In this document: positions 54,905-64,000 of the stretch, piece after piece | How positions within the stretch are numbered: the first letter of the stretch is position 1 | Layout of the letters: each line of letters starts with the position of its first letter | Assembly: GCA_016794025.1 (NCBI GenBank) | Contig: JAEUKX010000069.1 | Location: 3,980-67,979 of the forward strand | Length of the DNA: 64,000 nt | Origin: Rhodospirillales bacterium | GTDB taxonomy: Bacteria > Pseudomonadota > Alphaproteobacteria > CACIAM-22H2 | Reading direction: 5' to 3' | Program-made: the position numbers and the translations under genes | Notes under the pieces: generated by a model | What the model was told of the DNA's origin: nothing | Databases searched by the model: none | The model's input: only the letters and a program-made list of their open reading frames with translations

Positions 54905-56044
54905 CTAGGCCGCCTTCCTTGTGCGGCTGTCGAACCGTGCGAGCAGGCGTGCCTGCTGCTCGACATAGCGATCGAAGGCGAACATCTTTTCAACGGTCCT
55001 TACGCCGGCAGCGCCCATGCGCGTGCACAGCGCTGGATCATCGCGCAGCCGGCCGAGTGCGACCGCCAGCGCGTCGACATCCAGCGGGCCGATGGCGAAG
55101 CCGCACGGATCCTCGGCGAGGATCGCCTCGGGCGACCCGTCCTCGTTGCCGCAGATGAAAGTCGTTCCGCACGCCGCCGCCTCGATGAGACCAAGCGGCA
55201 CCGCCTCGCCCCAGCCCGGACCGCCGCGTGCGACGAGCGTGGCCACGTCGGCCGCGGCATAGAGGAGCGGGAGCTGCTCTTGCGGTGCACGGCCGGTGAA
55301 GCGGACCTGTTTGGCCATGCCTGCCGCCTTCGCATGGGCTTCCATGGCTTCCCGGTCGGGGCCGGAACCGACGATGATGTAGAGCATTCGCGGGTCTGCG
55401 AGTTTCGCGAGCGCGTCGATCGTCTGGCGCTGGCCCTTGTTGGGCGGCAGCAGCATCGCGGCGACCGTCGTAACGAGGAACCGGCCGTCGAGATCGTCCC
55501 AGCCGTAGGCTTTCGCGATCTCGGCGCGTGCGACCGTCTTGGCCACCGGCTTGAAGAAGCCGACATCGACCGGATCGTAGAGAAGGCCCGTGGGCGGCAC
55601 GAAGCTGCGGTATTTCGGCATCCAGTCGATGGTGTAGTTGCAATCGGCGATTACGAGATCGGCGGCCGCGAACGCGGCTTCGCGCAGCGCGGGCAGCTTC
55701 GTGAGGATGTCGATGTTGTAGACGTTGATCGTGAACGGCGTGCCCGAGATCTTCTTCACGAGCCAGCCCAATCCAGCCAGGAATACGTGATTGAGCATCA
55801 CGAGGTCGTAGCGCCCGCGCGCGGCGACCGCCTCGCGCACCAGCGTCGCGACTGCCCGCAGGCGGTTCTCGAACGGAAGCTTGCGGTCCGCCACGCCCGG
55901 CGCGAGGGGCGCGCCGTCCTGCTTGTCGATCGAGACGACGTCAAGCGAATGGCCGAGGCGCTTCAGCGCCGCCACCTGATAGCGGCTGTAGGTCGCGATG
56001 CCGCCGTAGCCTTCGATGTCGAAGCCGAGGAAGAGGATGCGCAT
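54905..56044 (-). CDS. Glycosyltransferase family 4
   Basis: GGIATY, YDPVDVGFF, NKGQ and GEAVPLGLIEAAACG motifs. Confidence 0.82.
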   Translation of the reverse strand: MRILFLGFDIEGYGGIATYSRYQVAALKRLGHSLDVVSIDKQDGAPLAPGVADRKLPFENRLRAVATLVREAVAARGRYDLVMLNHVFLAGLGWLVKKISGTPFTINVYNIDILTKLPALREAAFAAADLVIADCNYTIDWMPKYRSFVPPTGLLYDPVDVGFFKPVAKTVARAEIAKAYGWDDLDGRFLVTTVAAMLLPPNKGQRQTIDALAKLADPRMLYIIVGSGPDREAMEAHAKAAGMAKQVRFTGRAPQEQLPLLYAAADVATLVARGGPGWGEAVPLGLIEAAACGTTFICGNEDGSPEAILAEDPCGFAIGPLDVDALAVALGRLRDDPALCTRMGAAGVRTVEKMFAFDRYVEQQARLLARFDSRTRKAA

Positions 56045-56065
56045 TTTCGCTGGCCGACGATAACT

Positions 56066-56812
56066 TTACTTGTGCGCGACGGCCAGAAACGTCTGGCTGA
56101 AGATCGCATCGCGGCCGGTCTCGCCGGTTTCCGCGGCCAGCGCCAGACGCAGCACGCCGCGCACGAGCTTCCACAGGACGAGGCGCGCCGCGCTTTTCAG
56201 TCCGTGGGCAACCGGCACGTCTTCGTGACAGGTGACCGAAGCGAAGTCGCACACGAGCATGAGCTGCTCGATCGACCGGCGCGTGAACGAACCCGTCGCC
56301 ATGATGTCCCAGTAGCGCACGCGACCGGCGAACAGCGCTTCGCCGTTGGGCAGGTGCATGATGAAGCGGCCGCCGGGCTTGAGCACGCGGCGCACCTCGT
56401 CGGCCAGACGCAGCTGCGTGGCCGGATCGAAATAGTGGTAGAGGTCGAAAAGCACGACGGCATCGAAGCTCTCGGCCGGTGCCGCTCGCAGCGTGGCCAT
56501 CAGGTCGCCCTGCCGCACACCCTCGATGCCCAGCGTCTTGGCCATCGCCACCTGTTCGGGGCTGGCGTCCACGCCCTCGATGTTCCGGTATCCCACGCGC
56601 CGCGCCGCCCACACGATGGCGCCGTGGCCGCAGCCAAGATCGATGATCTTCGCATCGCGGCTGGCTGGAAAGTGTCCGGCGATCAGGCTCGACAGGAACG
56701 GCCATCGCCGGTCGAGGTTGCCGGCGGCGTCCGAGACGGCGGCGTGGGTCGACACATAGCGGGCAAGGAAGCGCTGGCGCCAGTCGGTTGCGGGGTTCTG
56801 TTCGCTGTCCAT
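56066..56812 (-). CDS. Class I SAM-dependent methyltransferase (paralog of 54166-54900)
   Basis: IIDLGCGHG motif I, FDLYHYF, LKPGGRFIMHLPN. Confidence 0.88.
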   Translation of the reverse strand: MDSEQNPATDWRQRFLARYVSTHAAVSDAAGNLDRRWPFLSSLIAGHFPASRDAKIIDLGCGHGAIVWAARRVGYRNIEGVDASPEQVAMAKTLGIEGVRQGDLMATLRAAPAESFDAVVLFDLYHYFDPATQLRLADEVRRVLKPGGRFIMHLPNGEALFAGRVRYWDIMATGSFTRRSIEQLMLVCDFASVTCHEDVPVAHGLKSAARLVLWKLVRGVLRLALAAETGETGRDAIFSQTFLAVAHK

Positions 56813-56841
56813 GATCTTGATTTTCCGTCCGTCCTAACGGC

Positions 56842-57318
56842 TCAGCCGCCAAAGCATTCCCGCCGGACCACGAGCCGGTCGGGTTCGCGCAGCATGGCGG
56901 CAGCCCCGCCGGCGGTTTCATCGGCGCGGGCGGGGTCGTTGATGGCCATCGTAAACCGGTCCACGATCGTTCGCGTACCGGTCCCATCTGGTATAAGCCA
57001 CTGAATTCTAACGATTCTTCGACGCCTGTCGGCCGGATCCGGCTCGATCGCGACAAGGCGCGCGAAAGGTCCGGGCCCATCGACAAGGATCGGATCGACG
57101 GCCATTTCCACCGAGCCATAGGTCCCCGGCTCCAGATGGCGCAGGCGCAGGCCTTCCAGACACTGGGTCATGGGATCAGGCAGGCGCCAACCGGCCAGTT
57201 CGAGCGCCAGGAAGTCTTGGGCAAGCTCGGTCTCGACCGGCCGCATGCCGCCCTGGGCGAGGGCGGTCGCGGGCAGCAGGGCCGCCAGCAAATACAGGTA
57301 TTTGTGGATCCGGCGCAT
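56842..57318 (-). CDS. Secreted hypothetical protein (158 aa)
   Basis: Sec signal MRRIHKYLYLLAALLPATALA; two Cys; no family recognised. Confidence 0.6.
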   Translation of the reverse strand: MRRIHKYLYLLAALLPATALAQGGMRPVETELAQDFLALELAGWRLPDPMTQCLEGLRLRHLEPGTYGSVEMAVDPILVDGPGPFARLVAIEPDPADRRRRIVRIQWLIPDGTGTRTIVDRFTMAINDPARADETAGGAAAMLREPDRLVVRRECFGG

Positions 57319-57521
57319 CCTTGTCCCCGTCGCGCGCGGGGTTGGTAGCGCGTTCCGGGGCCAGCCGGCAAGGGACGTGTGCGCGGACCGGCCGGAAGCG
57401 CTACAGTCTGCCTCGAATCGGACCTCATCTCCGGATTTCGACCGCCCATGCGCCCCGGCCTGCCGCCTTCCTCCGCCGCTTCGTCCGCCGCTTCCGCTGC
57501 CCACGCCGATCCGGCCCGCCG

Positions 57522-58055
57522 ATGAAGCGCAAGGGAACAGCGGCCGAGCGGCTTGCCGGCGAATTCAAGTCGGCGATGCGCCGGCTGGCGGCGGGCGTCA
57601 CGATCGTGGCGACCGACGGGCGGGGCCGTCCCAACGGCCTGACCGCAACTGCGGTCTGCTCCCTTTCGGCGGAGCCGCCGCAGCTGCTCGTCTGCGTCAA
57701 CCGCGATTCCGCGCCCAATGCGGCGATCGCACGGGCCGGGCGCTTTTCAGTGAATGTCCTTGCCACGCGACACAAGGCGCTGGCACTGCGTTTTGCCGGC
57801 GCCACGGGCGTGCAGGGGGCCGAGCGTTTCGAGCGCGGCGAATGGACGACCGCGAAGACGGGCGCGCCGGTGCTCGCCGATGCGATCGCCTTTTTCGACT
57901 GCTCGCTTGTGGATGCAGTCGAATCCGGCACGCACACGGTCTTCATCGGCCGCGTGCGCGCGGCGCACGCGCACCGCAACGGCGCGCCGCTCCTTTACGC
58001 CGCCGGCGCGTTCCAGGCGCTCGCCCGCAAGGTCGCGCGCAAGAAGCGCAAGTGA
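57522..58055 (+). CDS. Flavin reductase family protein
   Basis: FKSAMRRLAAGVTIV, SLSAEPPQLLV, FSVNVL and GTHTVFIG motifs. Confidence 0.9.
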   Translation: MKRKGTAAERLAGEFKSAMRRLAAGVTIVATDGRGRPNGLTATAVCSLSAEPPQLLVCVNRDSAPNAAIARAGRFSVNVLATRHKALALRFAGATGVQGAERFERGEWTTAKTGAPVLADAIAFFDCSLVDAVESGTHTVFIGRVRAAHAHRNGAPLLYAAGAFQALARKVARKKRK

Positions 58056-59299
58056 GGGCAACCGCCCCGCTGCGCGATCCCATCGTGGCGCGCCTGTGGG
58101 CGGCCCTGGTCGTCTTCACGACAGGGGACGAGCTTTACCGCGTGGCGCTCGTGTGGCTTGCGGTCGAGATCGTTGGCCGCCAGGCCGGCTACATGAGCGC
58201 CGCCCAGTCGGCCTGCATGATGCTGGGAGCGGCACTGGGCGGCACGTTCGTGGCCGGATACAGCCAGCGCCGCGCGATGTCGATCTTCCTTGCCGCCGGT
58301 GCGGCCTGCGTGATGGTGCCGCCGGTGGCATGGATGGCGGGTCATCCGTCGTTCGCGGCGCTGATGGTACCGGCGATCGCCGTTTCGCTGATGCGTGCCC
58401 AGTTCGAGCCCGCGATCCAGGGCAACCTTCCGCTTCTCGTGCGCGACCGCGACCATCTGTTCGCGACGAACGGCCTCATCGACGGCGTGCGCCGCATGGC
58501 GCGGATCACCGGCCCGATGCTTGCGGGCGCGCTCGCGGCGATCATGGCGGTCCAGGATCTTTTCGTCGTCTATGCCGCCGCTCTTCTGATGGCCGCCTAC
58601 CTGCTGCTGCGCGTGGGCGACGCGCTCCCGCATCGCGAGGGGCGCGGCGACGCGGGGTTCGTCATGGGGCTGCGAATCGTGCGCGAGGAACGCGCGCTGC
58701 GCTCGCTGCTGATGCTGAAGAGCGTCACGGACGGATGCTGGGTCGTCGTGATCGGCCATGCGCTGCCGCTGACGATCGAGCGCAGCGGCGAAAGCTGGCT
58801 TGGCATCTCCGGCGTTGCGGCCTATGGCGTGGGGCTGGCCGCCTACGGCCTCACCAACATCATGTCCAACATCTTCATCGTCTCGATGCCGCCGTCCGTC
58901 TCGGCGCTCCGCATGGTGAGCGGCAGCACATGGATGGGATCGGGCCTTGCGCTCATGGGACTTGGCGCGATCCTGGCGCCGCCCGGGTATCTTCTGCCGG
59001 CGCTCTACGCGGGATTGGCGCTGACGGCATTGGGCAGCCCCTTCTTCGACATCTCGCTCGCCATGCGCATCCAGATGGCCGGCGGCTTCGGCGCCTCGCG
59101 CGCGGCGGCGGCCTCGGTCCATCGCGTGCGCCTGTTCATGAATTTCGGCGGCATCCTGACGGCCGGGCTCGTCTCGCCGACGCTTTTCGGCCAGTTCGGC
59201 GTCGCGCCCACGATGCTCGCTACGGGTCTTCTGTGTGCCGGCGTGAGCCTCGCCTCCATGCTTGTCATCGTGCGGCTGGGCCGGCGACCGCAGGGCTAG
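58052..59299 (+). CDS. MFS transporter
   Basis: About 12 TM helices; WAALVVFTTGDELYRVALVW and ARITGPMLAG segments; GTG start overlaps the upstream TGA. Confidence 0.78.
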   Translation: MRATAPLRDPIVARLWAALVVFTTGDELYRVALVWLAVEIVGRQAGYMSAAQSACMMLGAALGGTFVAGYSQRRAMSIFLAAGAACVMVPPVAWMAGHPSFAALMVPAIAVSLMRAQFEPAIQGNLPLLVRDRDHLFATNGLIDGVRRMARITGPMLAGALAAIMAVQDLFVVYAAALLMAAYLLLRVGDALPHREGRGDAGFVMGLRIVREERALRSLLMLKSVTDGCWVVVIGHALPLTIERSGESWLGISGVAAYGVGLAAYGLTNIMSNIFIVSMPPSVSALRMVSGSTWMGSGLALMGLGAILAPPGYLLPALYAGLALTALGSPFFDISLAMRIQMAGGFGASRAAAASVHRVRLFMNFGGILTAGLVSPTLFGQFGVAPTMLATGLLCAGVSLASMLVIVRLGRRPQG

Positions 59300-59943
59300 C
59301 GTTCCAGGATCCGGGCGGCGGCCTCGTCGCGCATCTGCCATCCCGAACGTTCAAGCTCGGGCACGTCGTCCGCGCGCTCCGGATAGCCCAGACAGAGATA
59401 AGCCACGAACGACCAGTCCTGCGGCACGTCGAGGATGGCCGTCATCCGCAGCGGTTCGAGGATCGACACCCATCCCACGCCGATGTCGCGCGCGCGGGCC
59501 GCCAGCCAGAGCGCGAACACGGCGCCGACGGCGGAATAGCGCAGCGCTTCGGGCATCGTGTTCCGGCCGAGACCGCGGCCGGATTGCGTTGCCTCGTCGC
59601 AGAAGACGGCAAGATGTCGCGGTGCCGTGTCGAGCCCGGCAAGCTTGAGGCGCGCATAGGCGGCCCGGTCCGCCGGAGCCTGTGCGGCCAGCGCCTCAGC
59701 GTTGCAGCGTTCGAATTCGGCGCGCACGGCTTTCCGCCGGGCCGTGTCGTCGACCTGCACGAAGCGCCAGGGCTGGCTGTTGCCGACCGACGGGGCGAGG
59801 CAGGCGCGCGCCACCAGCGCTTCGACCGCGCCGGGCGGCAGCGGATCGGGCCGGAACCGGCGCACATCGCGCCGCCAGCGCAGGAGCGAATCGAGCTTGT
59901 CCTGGAACGGCTTATCGAATTCCGGGGGCAGCGTGTCGGGCAT
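59296..59943 (-). CDS. bluB: 5,6-dimethylbenzimidazole synthase
   Basis: RWRRDVRRF, APSVGNSQPWRF, LKLAGL, GLGRNTMPE and WLAARARDIGVGWVSI motifs. Confidence 0.9.
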   Translation of the reverse strand: MPDTLPPEFDKPFQDKLDSLLRWRRDVRRFRPDPLPPGAVEALVARACLAPSVGNSQPWRFVQVDDTARRKAVRAEFERCNAEALAAQAPADRAAYARLKLAGLDTAPRHLAVFCDEATQSGRGLGRNTMPEALRYSAVGAVFALWLAARARDIGVGWVSILEPLRMTAILDVPQDWSFVAYLCLGYPERADDVPELERSGWQMRDEAAARILER

Positions 59944-60055
59944 CGGGCTTTCGGTGTCGGGGTTGCCGCTGGCGTTTAGACCGGCTATCCAACGGCGTCC
60001 ATAGCGGCCGACCGATGCCGGATCGGCCGGACAATCCGGGGAAGGAAGTCCGTCA

Positions 60056-60904
60056 ATGAAGCTCGCGAGCGTGCGTGTCGGCAAGAAGGAAACCTACGGC
60101 GCGGTCGTCGCCGGGGGGATCGTCGATCTCGGCAAGAAATTCGGCAAGCAGTGGCCCACGCTGCGCCAGGCGCTTCTCGGCGGCGGGCTCGCCAAGCTCA
60201 AGGCCTATGCCAAGAACCGCAAGCCCGACATCAAGGACGGCAAATTTTCGTGGATGCCGGTCATCACGGATCCGCTGCGCATCTTCTGCGTGGGCGTGAA
60301 CTATCGCGAGCACCGCGCCGAGACTGGACGCCCCGATACGCTGCACCCGACGATCTTCACCCGCTTCGCCTATACGCAGATCGGCCACGAGCAGCCGATG
60401 ATCAAGCCCAAGGAGAGCGAGCGGCTCGATTGGGAAGGCGAGCTTGCCGTCGTCATCGGCAAGAAGGGCCGGCGCATCGCACGCGAGAACGCGATGAGCC
60501 ATGTCGCGGGTTACGCCTGCTACAACGACGGTTCGGTGCGCGACTACCAGCGCCACACCTCGCAGTTCACACCGGGCAAGAATTTCGTCGGCACGGGCGG
60601 CTTCGGCCCGTGGATGGTGACGTCGGACGAGATGAAGGACATCACCAAGCAGACTCTGACCACGCGCGTGAACGGCCACGTGAAGCAGCAGGCCGGAATC
60701 GACATGCTGATCCACGACATTCCGGCGATCATCGCCTACATCTCGACCTTCGCCCCGCTCGAGCCGGGCGACGTCATCGTGACGGGTACGCCGGGCGGGG
60801 TGGGTGCGGCGCGCACGCCGCCGGAATTCATGTTCCCCGGCGACACGGTCGAGGTCGAGATCACCGGCGTGGGCCTGCTGACTCACACGATCAAGGAAGG
60901 CTGA
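60056..60904 (+). CDS. Fumarylacetoacetate hydrolase family protein
   Basis: CVGVNYREH, DWEGELAVVIG, YNDGSVRDYQ, GKNF and GDVIVTGTPGGVG motifs. Confidence 0.92.
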   Translation: MKLASVRVGKKETYGAVVAGGIVDLGKKFGKQWPTLRQALLGGGLAKLKAYAKNRKPDIKDGKFSWMPVITDPLRIFCVGVNYREHRAETGRPDTLHPTIFTRFAYTQIGHEQPMIKPKESERLDWEGELAVVIGKKGRRIARENAMSHVAGYACYNDGSVRDYQRHTSQFTPGKNFVGTGGFGPWMVTSDEMKDITKQTLTTRVNGHVKQQAGIDMLIHDIPAIIAYISTFAPLEPGDVIVTGTPGGVGAARTPPEFMFPGDTVEVEITGVGLLTHTIKEG

Positions 60905-60940
60905 CGCAAGTCGACCGGCCGACGCCTTCGCGCCGGCCGG

Positions 60941-62419
60941 TCATTCCAGCTCGAAGAACGACTGGATCTTGGCGAGCAGAGCCGCCGCCTGGCTGCGCGT
61001 GGCGGTCCGCCGCTCGGCCGGCGGCAGGGCGCGCAGGGCGGCGTCGTTGGCAAGCCGCCGGTGCAGCACCACGTCGCCCAGCCGCCTGGCGAGCGTCGGG
61101 TTGGCCTGAAGGATCGGGCCCAGCGCCGCCTTGTCCAGTTCAAGCGCCGTCGTGTCGCACAGGGCCGTGACATGCGCGCTGCGCGGGCTTCCGGTCAGCA
61201 GCGACATCTCGCCGAAGAAATCGCCCGTGCCCAGCCGCGCGACGGCCACGCGCTTGCCGTTTGAATCGAGGCTGACCTCGAACACGCCGCGTTCGACGAT
61301 GAAGAGCGATCCATCCGTATCGCCCTGCCGCACGACATCGTCGCCGGCGTGGAACGTCACGTGCCGCGCCGCCGCGGCGATGCTGGCGCGCACCGAGGGA
61401 TCGACCGTCCGGAATAGGTCGACATGGTCGAGCAGCCGTTCGGTCGTCGGCCGGTCGGTCTGGATCGGCTGGCCGATGGCGATGCCGGCCGCGTCGAGCG
61501 CATACCAGATCGACGTCGACACCTCGTCGTGCACGCTCGAATCGTCGTTGTACGAATCGACCCAGTAGCGCACCTGGTAAAGGATCGTCGTGTCGCGGAT
61601 CTCCTTTGTTTCGACCGTCGGGCCGGGATCGGCGCACACGCGCATGGCCTTGAGCGCGGCGACCGCCAGCGCGTCCTTCGCCGCCCCCGGAGGCACGCGC
61701 GCATCGAGCGGTACGGCGACAGACGCCCGGTAGCGGGGAGCGGGGAAATCGAAATTGACGATCTGGGCTGCCGCCAGCTTCGAATTCGGCATCACCACGG
61801 TGTTGCCGTCGGCCGAGCGCAGGCGCGTGGCGCGCCAGTTGATCTCCTGCACCTGCCCGGTGAGGCTGTTGTCGATCTGGATCCAGTCGCCCACGCGGTA
61901 GGGCCGCTCGAGATTGAGCGCGATGCCGCTGAACAGATCGGCGAGCGTCGACTGCATGGCGAAGCCGATGACGACCGCCAGCACGCCCGAGGCGGCAAGC
62001 ACGCCGGTGAAGGACTGGTCGAAGGCCGCCGACACGATGCCGAAAAGCGCGACGATCAGCACGAGCGCGCGCACGACGTCCTTGAGAAGTTTGGGTACGG
62101 CAATGTGCCGGCGGTCGAGCGCGCGCCAGACGAAGCGCTCGAGAACGACCGAGGCGATGATCGCCAGGATCAGCCACCACAGCACGCCGAACAGGCGTGC
62201 GGCATCGGCGACAAGCCCCTTGGCCATCGACGACTCGAATTGCTCGGCAAGCTTGGGACCGCCCAGCCACAGGCCGGTCGATGCCAGCAGCACGAGCCCC
62301 ATCACCGAAAGACGGCGCCGCACCGGATCGGGCGAGCGCAGCCCCGACGCCGCAAGCCACGCCATGCCCACGCCGATCGCGACCAGATAGATCCAGTAAT
62401 GGGCGGGGATGTCGCTCAT
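60941..62419 (-). CDS. Small-conductance mechanosensitive channel (MscS) with C-terminal cyclic-nucleotide-binding domain
   Basis: GFAMQSTLADLFSG, PYRVGDWI, INWRAT and PNSKL MscS motifs; C-terminal GDFFGEMSLL...RSAHV cNMP motif. Confidence 0.9.
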   Translation of the reverse strand: MSDIPAHYWIYLVAIGVGMAWLAASGLRSPDPVRRRLSVMGLVLLASTGLWLGGPKLAEQFESSMAKGLVADAARLFGVLWWLILAIIASVVLERFVWRALDRRHIAVPKLLKDVVRALVLIVALFGIVSAAFDQSFTGVLAASGVLAVVIGFAMQSTLADLFSGIALNLERPYRVGDWIQIDNSLTGQVQEINWRATRLRSADGNTVVMPNSKLAAAQIVNFDFPAPRYRASVAVPLDARVPPGAAKDALAVAALKAMRVCADPGPTVETKEIRDTTILYQVRYWVDSYNDDSSVHDEVSTSIWYALDAAGIAIGQPIQTDRPTTERLLDHVDLFRTVDPSVRASIAAAARHVTFHAGDDVVRQGDTDGSLFIVERGVFEVSLDSNGKRVAVARLGTGDFFGEMSLLTGSPRSAHVTALCDTTALELDKAALGPILQANPTLARRLGDVVLHRRLANDAALRALPPAERRTATRSQAAALLAKIQSFFELE

Positions 62420-62494
62420 GGAAGGATGCGTCAGACGCTAGCGCAGATCGCCGTCGGACCGCTAGAGTTGCCCAAAGGACCGGGAGGGACGGAG

Positions 62495-63250
62495 ATGCGT
62501 CTGGCAGGAAAAACCGCGATCGTGACGGGCGGCGGATCGGGATTCGGGGAAGGTATCGCGCGACGTTTTGCCGCCGAGGGCGCGAAAGTCGTGGTCGCCG
62601 ACATCGACGAGGCAGCGGCGCGCCGCGTCGCGGGCGCGGTGACGAAGGCTGGCGGCACGACGCTGGCGGTTCGCGCCGACGTCTCGAAGGCCGACGACAC
62701 GAAGCGGATGGTCGCCGCGGCGATCGAGGCGTGGGGCCGGCTCGACATCCTCGTGAACAATGCGGGCGTCAGCCATCGCAACGGGCCGATGCTGGGCGTC
62801 GACGAGGCGACGTTCGACAGGATATTCGCGGTCAACGTGAAGTCGATCTATCTTGCCGCGCAGGAGGCCGTGCCGGTCTTCCGCCGGCAGGGCGGCGGCG
62901 TGATCCTCAATACCGCCTCGACGGCCGGTATCCGGCCGCGGCCGGGTCTCGTCTGGTACAACGCCTCGAAGGGCGCGGCGATCTCGCTCACCAAGGCGAT
63001 GGCGGTCGAACTTGCGCCCGAGAAGATCCGCGTGAACTGCCTGTGTCCGGTCGCGGGCGAAACTCCGCTGCTGGCGACGTTCATGGGCGAGGACACGCCG
63101 GAGAAGCGCGCGCAGTTCCGCGCGTCGATCCCGCTCGGCCGCCTGTCCACGCCCGAGGACATTGCCAACGCGGCGCTCTATCTCTGTTCGGACGAAGCCT
63201 CGCTCATCACCGGCGTCGCCTTCGAGGTCGACGGCGGAAGGTGCATCTAG
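62495..63250 (+). CDS. Short-chain dehydrogenase/reductase (FabG-like)
   Basis: TGGGSGFG, NNAG, YNASK and RVNCLCP motifs; GGAG RBS. Confidence 0.92.
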   Translation: MRLAGKTAIVTGGGSGFGEGIARRFAAEGAKVVVADIDEAAARRVAGAVTKAGGTTLAVRADVSKADDTKRMVAAAIEAWGRLDILVNNAGVSHRNGPMLGVDEATFDRIFAVNVKSIYLAAQEAVPVFRRQGGGVILNTASTAGIRPRPGLVWYNASKGAAISLTKAMAVELAPEKIRVNCLCPVAGETPLLATFMGEDTPEKRAQFRASIPLGRLSTPEDIANAALYLCSDEASLITGVAFEVDGGRCI

Positions 63251-63264
63251 GGGAGGGACGGGAC

Positions 63265-64000
63265 ATGCAGGTGCGCGCCGCAATCCTCGAGGCGATGGGC
63301 GCGCCGCGCCCCTACACCGACAGCCGCCCGCTGAAAATCGAGCGGATCGAGCTTGCGCGGCCCGGCCCCGGCGAAATCCGCGTGCGGATCGTCGCGGCAG
63401 GCCTGTGCCACTCCGATCTGTCGGTCATCAACGGCGACCGGCCGCGGGTCATGCCGATGGCACTGGGCCACGAGGCGGCCGGCGTGGTCGACGAGCTTGG
63501 CGCCGGCGTCGAGGATCTCGCCGTCGGCGATCATGTCGTACTGGTCTTCGTGCCTTCCTGCGGCTGCTGCCTTCCGTGCGCCGAAGGTCGGCCTGCGCTC
63601 TGCGAGCCCGGCGCGAAGGCCAACGGTGCGGGCACCCTGCTTTCGGGCGCGCGGCGAATCGCGCGCGAGGGAACGCCGGTTCTCAACCACCATCTTGGCG
63701 TATCGGGGTTCGCGGAGCAGGCGGTCGTTTCGCGCCGTTCGGCCGTGCGCGTGCCGAAGGATGTGCCGCTCGACGTCGCGGCGCTGTTCGGCTGCGGCGT
63801 CCTGACGGGCGTGGGCGCGGTCGTGAACACCGCGCGCGTTCAGGCGGGCGAGACGGTTGCGGTTGTGGGGCTGGGCGGCGTCGGCCTCAATGCGCTGCTT
63901 GGCGCATCGGCCGCCGGTGCAAGGGCGATCGTCGCGGTGGATCTCGATCCCCGCAAGCTCGAGCTTGCCAGGACGCTCGGTGCGACCGACGTTGTCGACG
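63265..64000 (+). CDS. Zinc-dependent alcohol dehydrogenase (partial, runs off the window)
   Basis: GLCHSD, LGHEAAG, structural-zinc Cys cluster CGCCLPC...LC, GCGVLTG and GLGGVG motifs; no stop before the window end. Confidence 0.88.
   Translation, partial: MQVRAAILEAMGAPRPYTDSRPLKIERIELARPGPGEIRVRIVAAGLCHSDLSVINGDRPRVMPMALGHEAAGVVDELGAGVEDLAVGDHVVLVFVPSCGCCLPCAEGRPALCEPGAKANGAGTLLSGARRIAREGTPVLNHHLGVSGFAEQAVVSRRSAVRVPKDVPLDVAALFGCGVLTGVGAVVNTARVQAGETVAVVGLGGVGLNALLGASAAGARAIVAVDLDPRKLELARTLGATDVVD

Noticed and set aside
181-63830. Many long antisense or alternate-frame ORFs in the track (e.g. 181..1752, 3026..4786, 20318..23218, 40861..44316, 44721..47108, 23765..26464)
   Set aside because: Shadow ORFs of real genes in high-GC DNA: Arg/Ala/Pro-rich, no motifs, fully overlapping well-supported genes.
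1-64000. CRISPR array, rRNA or phage structural genes
   Set aside because: No regularly spaced repeat-spacer pattern, cas, rRNA-like or capsid/tail/terminase genes were seen.

Overview
GC-rich alphaproteobacterial chromosome segment; the gene order chvI-chvG-hprK-rapZ-EIIA-HPr-EI-ahcY-divL-tsaE-amgK-murU-addB-addA-trxA suggests a Rhodospirillales-like host (inference). Left to right: (1) 1-9.3 kb, a sugar/cyclitol catabolic operon (ABC binding protein and two permeases, Gfo/Idh/MocA dehydrogenase, divergent IolD-like ThDP enzyme, aldehyde dehydrogenase, IlvD/Edd dehydratase) behind a perfect 27-bp palindrome and ending at a degenerate tRNA-Pro 3' scar; (2) 9.4-14.5 kb, mobile DNA: an internally deleted IS3-family element and a small integrative mobilizable element (MOBV relaxase, excisionase-like HTH protein, tyrosine integrase) abutting tRNA-Arg(CCG); (3) a nitrosative-stress module (NsrR-like Rrf2 regulator, group III truncated globin, Ric/YtfE), msrQ, a lipase, an ABC ATPase and polA; (4) two 63-aa small proteins, a degenerate class III cyclase-like protein and a HugZ-like protein; (5) the core chvI...trxA block, with chvI and chvG split by an antisense two-gene cassette; (6) a surface-glycan locus (three GT4s, flippase, AsnB-like amidotransferase, two paralogous methyltransferases); (7) flavin reductase, MFS, bluB, FAH hydrolase, MscS-cNMP channel, SDR and a Zn-ADH running off the end. 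The best candidate for an undescribed system is the cassette at 26576-28999. It encodes a peptidoglycan-binding protein with an unknown, possibly nuclease-like C-terminal domain, translationally coupled (ATGA) to a Trp-rich unknown protein and preceded by a perfect alphaproteobacterial LexA box (GAAC-N7-GAAC). This looks like an SOS-inducible bacteriocin/polymorphic toxin plus immunity pair. All protein calls come from motif recognition by eye; no database search was run. No CRISPR array or rRNA was seen.
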